NCBI GenBank assembly: GCA_016713905.1
Contig: JADJOE010000003.1
Location: forward strand, 2,071,944-2,135,943
Source: Candidatus Vicinibacter proximus
Lineage (GTDB): Bacteria; Bacteroidota; Bacteroidia; Chitinophagales; Saprospiraceae
Direction of reading: 5' to 3'
Length of the DNA: 64,000 nt
In this document: piece after piece, positions 17,571-25,267 of the stretch
Position numbering within the stretch: the first letter of the stretch is position 1
How the letters are laid out: each line of letters begins with the position of its first letter
Translations under genes and position numbers: made by a program
Notes under the pieces: model-generated
The model's input: the letters and a program-made list of their open reading frames with translations, nothing else
Databases searched by the model: none
Told to the model about the DNA's origin: nothing

Positions 17571-18098
17571 TCACCGAAAGGCAAATATAGGATAAATTGA
17601 TAAGGATTTCCAGCCTCATCTGTTAAATATGTGCTTGATCCAATGTGATCTGGATGGAAGAAATATGTTACATTATTGGTGTTTATTACATGCCACTTTC
17701 GTGGTTCACTCCCTTGAAGCACTGTCGTGCTTCATTCCGACAAAATCGTCGGAAATCGGTCGCTCATCTTCACAGTCGTCTTCTTCTGGATCAGTATCTT
17801 CAATAATTAAGGTGTCGAATCCAAATTCAGTTCTGATTAATTCCAGATCTTCTGCTTGTCTATCAGGAAGTCCTGCTTTTTCTGATCCCGATAACTCTAG
17901 ACTGTTGTCAACACTACTATCTACAGAACCAACTAATTTACAAGCTATTCTTTCAGTACCTGAATAATAATGATTCGTGACCATGTAATGTGGTCCCATA
18001 ACCATGTAGCCACTGACATATTGAGCATAATTTCCTACAGTAGCATTGGTCTGGCTTTGTCCATTTAGATTCACTACAGCATAATTACAAATATTGAA
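17462..18098 (-). pseudogene. rhs core 3' fragment, 5'-truncated and frameshifted
   Basis: ...HYYSGTERIACKLVG... (frame A) is followed by YFFHPDHIGSSTYLTDEAGNPYQFILYLPFG (frame B). The frameshift lies near 17706-17722. Homology stops at about 18098, so no N-terminal or YD-repeat body is present. Confidence 0.8.
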
Positions 18099-18144
18099 TT
18101 ATATTTTTGTAATGAATAGAATGTTCATCTAAAAAACATTTTTT

Positions 18145-18726
18145 ATGCATTACAATCCCAATACGGTGAGCGAGTATCGTGTGTTTATGATACTCAAGAA
18201 TTTTTCATCCAAGACAATAAAAACATATCTCAAGATTGCCGACTAATTTTTGATATATTTTGACGCACGGTATCTCAATGAGTCAATGTGTGATGATCCG
18301 GTATGGAAATATCTGATAGATCGATTTGAAAAAGGTCTAGCATGGTCCCCTTAAGGGGAATTTAATTCCGATAATCCTCTATTCCAAAATTATTCAAGAA
18401 TGTCTTATTTCTCCCCTGGAGCTTAACCAAGCTTCCTAGGCCAAAAAAAGAAACTAAACTTCGATCCATCCTTTCAAAGTAGGACGTGTAGCATGAATAA
18501 TTCTTCTACCACATTTAAACATCAGTTCATCCTTTCACCAATTTATGCTAAAGGATGCAGGTTGAGCGAATTGAGAAACCATTGTCTGAATGATGTGGAA
18601 GGCAATCGAAATGAGATCCGCATCAATCCGAACATAGCTTAAACGAAGGTCAAGGGATTTAAAGTTACTATTAAAAGTGTCATTCCTTTGAATAATCTCA
18701 TTGAATTCATAGGAAACCCCTTGTAG
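18145..18726 (+). pseudogene. tyrosine recombinase remnant, N-terminal and central part, with four in-frame TAA codons
   Basis: A single frame reads MHYNPNTVSEYRVFMILKNFSSKTIKTYLKIAD*FLIYF...KHQFILSPIYAKGCRLSELRNHCLNDVEGNRNEIRINPNIA*TKVKGFKVTI...LNNLIEFIGNPL*. This covers the SAM-like N-domain and the Arg-I region. TAA codons lie at 18244, 18352, 18424 and 18640. Confidence 0.8.
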
Positions 18727-18858
18727 TTTAATTAATTAAACCGTATGTTTGTAGAGGATACGATATTTTATAGGGTCTATCTGACGAAAATTAGTCAGAA
18801 ATGCATTATTTTGTCAAGCAAAGTATTAAATTAAAAGCAAGGATCTAAATGAATATAT

Positions 18859-20952
18859 ATGAAGTCTAGATATATTTTGGCAATAGCGATGTTTATTCAA
18901 GCTATTAATTGCCATGCGCAATGGAATCAAACCGACGGCCCATACGGCAATACGGATGTTTTGTCAATAATCCCAGATGACTCAATAATATTTACATTAA
19001 CAAACTGTGGATTGTTTTCTAAAAAAACAATAAATAATGATTGGAATCTAAAAAATCCCCATTTATTTTTTTCTTCTTATACTAAAATAAAAGATAGCCT
19101 TTTTGTTGTCAACAATGGTATAAAACTAATTGATTTATTGAATCCTGAGAATTCGCCTACTAACATTTCCACTTTACCTTTTTCTACACTGACACATTCT
19201 GATTCCTGTATTTATGGAGGAGGAAGTCCTTTAGGATTTTATAAATCAAACAATTTTGGGAAAACGTGGATTAGGCATAACACTGGCTTGCCAATCGACA
19301 CAGGTTCAAAGCCGGATCCCCCATATTATTATATTATTTATGATATAAAATCTGTAGAAATGACCTCAAAATATATCTTTTGCGGAACGACTAAAGGAGT
19401 TTACAGAAATTCTGAAATGCTAGCAACATGGACACCAGTTAATTCTGGATTACCTTTATCTACTGTTTCCTTTATAAAATCATTTAATGATACGCTTTTT
19501 GTTGCAATTGGAAATAGTTTATTTAAAAGTTTAGATTTTGGTAACAATTGGACCTTAATATTTAATTCCCCTTCTTCCATAACAACTGTCCTAAAAGTAA
19601 ATAATCAATATTTAGTTGGAAGTTCCAATAATGGTATACACTATTCAATAGATAATGGTAAACGATGGAATACTTTAAATACTGGTTTACCAGATTTGAG
19701 TATCACGACTCTTGTTTACTATGATTCCATGATAATTTGTGGAACAAAATCCAAGGGTATTTTTTATAATCACAATGGCCAATGGATTACTAATAAATCT
19801 GGATTAATTTGTTCGAATATTAAATCATTGGCTAAAACAAAATCCGGATTGGTCGCAAATGATATAAATAACGTTTATGTTTCAAATAATGGAACCAACT
19901 GGGATTCAGTAAACACACCAAACATACCCAAGTATCCCAAACTAGGATCTGGAATTGGGTCTTTGGCAACTAATGGTGATACCATTTATATAAGTTATCA
20001 CTACAGCACTCCTATTGCACCATTTTTTTACTCTTATATCAGATACACGAAAGACAATTGTAACACTTGGGACGAATTACTAACAAATCTTCCTTACACA
20101 TTAAACGGCAAGCTTTATAAGATTTATCATGAAAATAATAGATTTTTTGCATATGTAGATAATAAAATATACTATACCGATAACTCAGGACTAAACTGGA
20201 TAAATATAAGCCTTCCCTCTAAATATTGTAATCAAATTAAAGCATTTGTTAATTATAACTCCATCCCTTTTATAGCCACCTGTGGTGATGCACAACTTTT
20301 AAGGCTTGATAGTAACCAAAGTTGGGTCTTGTCAAATAATGGACTACCACCCAACGGAAAACCGATATCTTTAGTCAGTTGTGAAGGTGCGCTATTTGTG
20401 TATATTCAAAATTATGGGATGTTCGTTAGTTTTGACAACGGGAATTATTGGACTTTTGCAAATAATGGGCTGGTTACAAATATTTCAATCCGTGACTTTG
20501 CATACATCGGTAATAATTTATTTATATCTAGCAATTATGGCGTCTATTTCACAAATGATTTCGGCCAAAACTGGGTTTCCATTAATAATGGATTGATCAA
20601 CTTAGACCTGAGTTCAATAAAAATAATGAATGATACTTTATATGTTGGCACATATGGAAATGGAATTTGGAAACGAAGCCTCCATGAAATTCCTGTGAAT
20701 ACACAAGACCCCCCACAATCAGATAAATCATTTATAATTTATCCTAACCCAGCTTCAGATTATATTCATGTTGCTAATAATTCTAATGCAGCAAGCTTCA
20801 AAATTATTGATATGATTGGGAAAGAAGTATTGTCTGGTAACTTAGAACCACAACATGAAATTAATATTTCGAAAATAATAGATGGTGCATATATATTCTT
20901 GATTCATTCAGGCACAAAAGTTCAGATGATGAAATTCTTAATTAATAAATGA
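18859..20952 (+). CDS. BNR/Asp-box repeat protein with T9SS C-terminal sorting domain
   Basis: 697 aa with a signal peptide and repeated SxDxGxxW boxes (SNNFGKTW, SLDFGNNW, SIDNGKRW, TNDFGQNW...). The C-terminus IIYPNPASDYIHV...KFLINK is typical of a T9SS CTD. Confidence 0.8.
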   Translation: MKSRYILAIAMFIQAINCHAQWNQTDGPYGNTDVLSIIPDDSIIFTLTNCGLFSKKTINNDWNLKNPHLFFSSYTKIKDSLFVVNNGIKLIDLLNPENSPTNISTLPFSTLTHSDSCIYGGGSPLGFYKSNNFGKTWIRHNTGLPIDTGSKPDPPYYYIIYDIKSVEMTSKYIFCGTTKGVYRNSEMLATWTPVNSGLPLSTVSFIKSFNDTLFVAIGNSLFKSLDFGNNWTLIFNSPSSITTVLKVNNQYLVGSSNNGIHYSIDNGKRWNTLNTGLPDLSITTLVYYDSMIICGTKSKGIFYNHNGQWITNKSGLICSNIKSLAKTKSGLVANDINNVYVSNNGTNWDSVNTPNIPKYPKLGSGIGSLATNGDTIYISYHYSTPIAPFFYSYIRYTKDNCNTWDELLTNLPYTLNGKLYKIYHENNRFFAYVDNKIYYTDNSGLNWINISLPSKYCNQIKAFVNYNSIPFIATCGDAQLLRLDSNQSWVLSNNGLPPNGKPISLVSCEGALFVYIQNYGMFVSFDNGNYWTFANNGLVTNISIRDFAYIGNNLFISSNYGVYFTNDFGQNWVSINNGLINLDLSSIKIMNDTLYVGTYGNGIWKRSLHEIPVNTQDPPQSDKSFIIYPNPASDYIHVANNSNAASFKIIDMIGKEVLSGNLEPQHEINISKIIDGAYIFLIHSGTKVQMMKFLINK

Positions 20953-21062
20953 AAAATTAAACCCCATAAAAGCTCTTTAGAAAATTGGTGTTTGTGCGGC
21001 TAAATGAACCTTCCAGACTTAAGCAGGACAAGTTGTGCTTACTATCAAGGTCTGCACTGAAG

Positions 21063-21325
21063 GACAATTTCTTGCTCCGAAATCCTGCACGAACGCAAAG
21101 CCGCAAAACGTTGTACGAAAACTAATTCAAAATAATTCGATAAACTCTTCTCTATATTTAACAACAAATAAATTTAAAAACATTTATTCCATAATACAAG
21201 AATTCATGACTATTGGATGCAATTTAAAGTAGATAAACCAAAGCAACGGAAATCAAGTCCGGATGTGGTAAGGTTTTGTGATGGAAAAATAAGGGTGGAT
21301 TATTAGGTTTCTGATTAAATTCACT
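21063..21325. repeat. direct repeat, copy 2 (partner at 12484-12745)
   Basis: See copy 1. This copy lies between the BNR gene stop and the stop of the sensor kinase. Confidence 0.9.
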
Positions 21326-21345
21326 GTCAGCTATTCTAACAAGGT

Positions 21346-24030
21346 TCAATCCTTCTGAAACTTTAATCTTTCCTTCACAAAATAATTTAGATAAAATTCC
21401 ATTTTCATTTGTACCAACTTCCACTTTTCATCCAACTCCTCAGAAGAGGTTTCAATGGGTAGACCATGAATTAACTGTTCCAGATCAAACAAACTGAATC
21501 GCCGCAGGCTGTTTACCAGCTTGTGTAGTATTCTATCTCTGAGCCCCGCATCATGCTGATCTACGGCGGTCTTAAAACCACTCATCGCATCTTGCCACTC
21601 AGCTATCAGGATTTCCAGTGCCCGCAACACTTTATCTTTTTGAAAATCATAATCCCGATACAACACTTCCACATCCGGTGCCGGATAAGTTTGCAGTGCT
21701 GCCAACTCATTAACGCGCTGAATTAATTTCTGAGGACTCACCGGTTTTTGTATTACGGCATCAAATATTTCCTCTCCTTCTGTGCTGACTCTCGAAATGT
21801 CGTGTGCACCTGTAACGCATACGATCGCGCCTCCATCCGGTTTAAATTTTCTGAGTTCACTCAGATGATCCACAATCTTAAAATCATCAAAATTATAATC
21901 CGTTAGTATGAGTTCAAACAAAAGACCGGGGGACAGTTCTTTAAGTTCATCGGGGTGATGAAGCTGTACATATTTTATTCCTGGCTTATCAAAAATATGC
22001 TTGTACAATAACTGAATCTGCGGATCATCATCGATCACCAAAATATTTTTATAACGATCATCAATACTCACAGGAAGTAAAGATTTGCTGACATTTGATT
22101 TTTGGTCCAGCACTTTCAGTTCCATTGCAAAAGAAAAATCAGATCCTTTGTTTAACTCCGATTTAATTTCCAGTTTGCTGCCAAACAAATCAAGCATCTG
22201 CACGACAATCGGCAAGCCTAATCCTACCCCATGAATGTTGCTGATGCCTTGACCGGAATCCATTTTCTGGAATCTTTGATGAATCAGATTTATCTGATCT
22301 GCCTGAATACCGATGCCCGTATCGGAAACTTCAAAAAATAATTTAAACTGTCCATCCTGAATTTGGCTGCCCTTTACTCTAAGCGTTATTTTGCCTTCGG
22401 CATGTGTAAACTTCAGTGCATTGGACAACAGGTTGTTGATGATCTGACTGAGTCTCAATCCATCAGTTTTAAAAACTTTTCCCTCTATGGTCTTGTCTAA
22501 AATTAATTCCAGCTCAATTTTTTTGGTCCTTGCTTCAAACAAGTATGCTTTGTGTATTTGTTGCAGCAACTGATCCAATTGAATCGGTTCACTTTGCAAA
22601 GTAATTTGCCCTTCTTTTAGTTTTGAATAATCGAGTACATCATTGACCAGCGCCAGTAAATTATCCGAACTGAATTTCAAGCTTTCTATTAAAGGCAATT
22701 GCTCAGACTTTGGATTGTTTTCAGCAAGCATTCTGGACATGCCGATGATGGTATGCAAGGGGTTGCGAATCTCATGACTCATGTTCTGCAGAAATTCTTC
22801 TTTTTGCCTGTTTGCTTCTTCTGCTTCATCTCTTGCTTTGGCAAGCGTATGAATATTTTGCTGGATAGTTTGTGACATGGAAGAAAAACTGCGCGCCAAC
22901 ATTCCTATTTCATCGTTCTGATGAATGGGTAGTTTTTCAGTAGAGAGATTTTGTCCAAAACTCGTCATGGATTTGGTGATGGACTCCAAACTCAAGGTCT
23001 GTTTTCTTAACCACCACAATGCTAAAAAAACAACTGCCAATACTATGAATAAAGTAATCAATAATATGGATCCCTGCCATCGGTAGAAAGGCACCAATAA
23101 AGTTTCCCTTGAGGCTTGCAAGCCCAGTATCAGGAAATAATCCTTCCGTGGATAATTAATTTTTTTATAGGCCAACAGATTTTTTTCTGTAGCAGAGGAG
23201 TGTATTTTCGATTGATCAGACTGCAAATTTTTGAGGTCAATTTTCAAATCCACAAATCCCGCAGGTTGTAAATTGTGTTCAAATCCAAATTCTTTTGCGG
23301 GATCAGGATGTGTAAGATAATATCCCTGATGGTTCATCAGATAGAGTTCAAATTCTTTTGGAACCGTCTTCTTTAATTCATCCAGAAAGGCATTCAGATT
23401 GGCATTGATGATGATGATTCCAAAAGTAGTATCCTGTATGAAAATCGGACAAGCCACTCTCAGTGTGCTCATCTGCGGATTACTTATTTTTCCATGCTCC
23501 TTGTTCAGGTCAATCACTGAAAAATAAACGGAATCTTCCGGGTAAGTCAAGGTCTCCTGAAAATAAGAACTGAATCCCTTTTGTTGCAATTGATCGCGCT
23601 GCACCAGATGGATTCCTTTTTCGAATTGATCAACGCGGATAATTTCCTGTCCTGCATTTTCCTTTCCAATGATTCGCAATTGTGCATAGTCAGGTCGGCT
23701 GGACATAAAACTGATGTAATCTTCTCCAAGTTTATTTCTCATCAATGGTACTCCTGACTGATACATGCTTTTGATGTAATCTTTCAGAAATGCGCTGCGC
23801 GAAAGAAAGAGAATGTCTTTTCGGATGTTGTTGATGTAAGAATTGATTTTCACATCCAGGATCTCAACGGTATGAGACAATTGTTGTTCAGAAGAAGAAA
23901 TGACTATGTTGGAACTAATGCGGTAAAGGAAAAAACCTATTAGCGAACTACTCAACAAAATGAGCAGGATGTACACCACTGCATTTTTTACGGCCAGTGA
24001 TACAAAACGATCTTTTCCAAATATATTCAT
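21346..24030 (-). CDS. hybrid sensor histidine kinase / response regulator
   Basis: 894 aa with two TM helices flanking a sensor domain of about 290 aa. H-box EEFLQNMSHEIRNPLH, ATPase G-box GVGLGLPIV, a receiver (ILVIDDDP...LILTDYNF) and a C-terminal helical (HPt-like) region are present. Confidence 0.9.
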   Translation of the reverse strand: MNIFGKDRFVSLAVKNAVVYILLILLSSSLIGFFLYRISSNIVISSSEQQLSHTVEILDVKINSYINNIRKDILFLSRSAFLKDYIKSMYQSGVPLMRNKLGEDYISFMSSRPDYAQLRIIGKENAGQEIIRVDQFEKGIHLVQRDQLQQKGFSSYFQETLTYPEDSVYFSVIDLNKEHGKISNPQMSTLRVACPIFIQDTTFGIIIINANLNAFLDELKKTVPKEFELYLMNHQGYYLTHPDPAKEFGFEHNLQPAGFVDLKIDLKNLQSDQSKIHSSATEKNLLAYKKINYPRKDYFLILGLQASRETLLVPFYRWQGSILLITLFIVLAVVFLALWWLRKQTLSLESITKSMTSFGQNLSTEKLPIHQNDEIGMLARSFSSMSQTIQQNIHTLAKARDEAEEANRQKEEFLQNMSHEIRNPLHTIIGMSRMLAENNPKSEQLPLIESLKFSSDNLLALVNDVLDYSKLKEGQITLQSEPIQLDQLLQQIHKAYLFEARTKKIELELILDKTIEGKVFKTDGLRLSQIINNLLSNALKFTHAEGKITLRVKGSQIQDGQFKLFFEVSDTGIGIQADQINLIHQRFQKMDSGQGISNIHGVGLGLPIVVQMLDLFGSKLEIKSELNKGSDFSFAMELKVLDQKSNVSKSLLPVSIDDRYKNILVIDDDPQIQLLYKHIFDKPGIKYVQLHHPDELKELSPGLLFELILTDYNFDDFKIVDHLSELRKFKPDGGAIVCVTGAHDISRVSTEGEEIFDAVIQKPVSPQKLIQRVNELAALQTYPAPDVEVLYRDYDFQKDKVLRALEILIAEWQDAMSGFKTAVDQHDAGLRDRILHKLVNSLRRFSLFDLEQLIHGLPIETSSEELDEKWKLVQMKMEFYLNYFVKERLKFQKD

Positions 24031-24063
24031 TCACTCAAAGTTAATGGATCCTGAGCTGGTATT

Positions 24064-24696
24064 CTATTTTCTTCCAAAATCCGCCGGGATCTCTCCCCAG
24101 ATTTCTGTTTCCCATTTGATGATGGGATTGGAATAAGTGTTTTGATTCAACCATTGAGTGGCCCGGTTCAGCAAATCCAAAATAGCCTTGTTGCTTGCAT
24201 TAAATTCAATTTTGGTGTTTGGAATTTTTCTTTTTACCCAACTCATGGCTGTTTTAGAATCTGTATAGATCGGTGTCTGGGGTTTGTTTAATTTTTTAAG
24301 CAAGGCCAGAGCATGGACGAGTGCCAGAAATTCCCCAATATTGTTGGTACCGTGTACATAGGGCCCCTGATGAAACAGTTCGACACCGGTATAGGGATCC
24401 ACTCCTCTGTATTCCATTTTGCCCGGATTGCCTTGACAGGCCGCATCCACCGTAATACTTCCTACAGGCACCACTTTTTTCCAATCCTGAGACCTCTGGG
24501 ACGGCGCTTTGGCTTTTTGGCTGCCGGAGTAAGTATAGCCGGAGAGGTACGCATCATTGGCTTCATCCAGCGATTCAAAGGATTTGTATTTAGCGTCGGG
24601 GTATGCTTTGACTTGCTTCAGGCAATCTTCCCAGCTGTGGTACACGCCCGGAGTCTGCCCCTGCCAAACCACGTAAAATTTTTTCTTCGCTTTCAA
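24064..24696 (-). CDS. rnhA: ribonuclease H with N-terminal hybrid-binding (RNase H1-type) domain
   Basis: The N-terminus KKFYVVWQGQTPGVYHSWEDCLKQVKAYPDAKYKSFESLDEA matches the RNase H1/viroplasmin N-domain. An RNase H fold follows (GTNNIGEFLALVHAL, IYTDSKTAMSWV). Confidence 0.85.
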   Translation of the reverse strand: MKAKKKFYVVWQGQTPGVYHSWEDCLKQVKAYPDAKYKSFESLDEANDAYLSGYTYSGSQKAKAPSQRSQDWKKVVPVGSITVDAACQGNPGKMEYRGVDPYTGVELFHQGPYVHGTNNIGEFLALVHALALLKKLNKPQTPIYTDSKTAMSWVKRKIPNTKIEFNASNKAILDLLNRATQWLNQNTYSNPIIKWETEIWGEIPADFGRK

Positions 24697-24717
24697 GAAT
24701 TTTCCAAATTGAGTAAT

Positions 24718-25146
24718 TTAATCTTCAAAGACATCTGTCTCCTGAGTAGACTTGACCAAGGCGGTGAATTTGCCCATGTAACGGGTAGCTTTTACAATGT
24801 GGTTGTCGATCCAGTGGTAATTCCCTCCCCTTGGTTTTCCCATAATCAGACCATGATATCGAAATCCACATTCCTTCAACCATTGATCCGTAATGTCTCT
24901 AAGATCTTCCGTTCTGCTGGTAAAAAAATAAATGATGTGTCCCGCATCATACCATTTGTTCAACATCTCCAATGCATCCGGATAAGGAGCAACTGTTTTC
25001 ATTCGCTCCGGCTCTTCGTTGGGTACATCATCACAAATGGTACCATCAATGTCAATCAAAAAATTCTTGATGCCTTCGCCAAGCATGGGACTCTTTCTTT
25101 GTCCGTTTTCATCCGTTTCAAAAATCAAATGATTGTTGTTCATCAT
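24718..25146 (-). CDS. HAD-superfamily phosphatase-like protein
   Basis: 142 aa with the DxDGT motif (LIDIDGTICDD) and a second motif FFTSR. It lies 21 nt upstream of rnhA on the same strand. Confidence 0.6.
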   Translation of the reverse strand: MMNNNHLIFETDENGQRKSPMLGEGIKNFLIDIDGTICDDVPNEEPERMKTVAPYPDALEMLNKWYDAGHIIYFFTSRTEDLRDITDQWLKECGFRYHGLIMGKPRGGNYHWIDNHIVKATRYMGKFTALVKSTQETDVFED

Positions 25147-25208
25147 GAAAAATATTTTATTTCCCTTGTTCCCATATATACCCTTGCAATATTAAATCTA
25201 CAATTAAA

Positions 25209-25267
25209 ATTAGCTCATTATCAAATTAACTCATTAGCTATTTAACTCATTAGCTAATTAACTAATT
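25209..25267. repeat. short tandem repeat, ATTAACTCATTAGCT units (about 3.5 copies)
   Basis: attagctcatta-tcaa-attaactcattagcta-tttaactcattagcta-attaactaatt. It overlaps the stop codon of the S9 peptidase gene. A shorter copy lies at 28117-28148. Confidence 0.7.

Noticed and set aside
18244-18642. Possibility that TAA is reassigned as a sense codon, which would make the recombinase intact
   Set aside because: TAA is used as a normal terminator by many well-supported genes in the same window, and the remnant also lacks its C-terminal catalytic half.
9713-24030. Idea that the LytTR regulator and the hybrid kinase are a cognate pair split by the island
   Set aside because: They are convergently oriented, and the kinase already has its own receiver and HPt-like region. 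Nothing in the sequence links them specifically, so I kept this only as context for the island boundaries.
24313-25245. 310-aa plus-strand ORF
   Set aside because: It is entirely antisense to the well-supported RNase H and HAD genes. It has no motifs and an odd composition (Phe/Ile/Arg-rich), as expected for an antisense frame.
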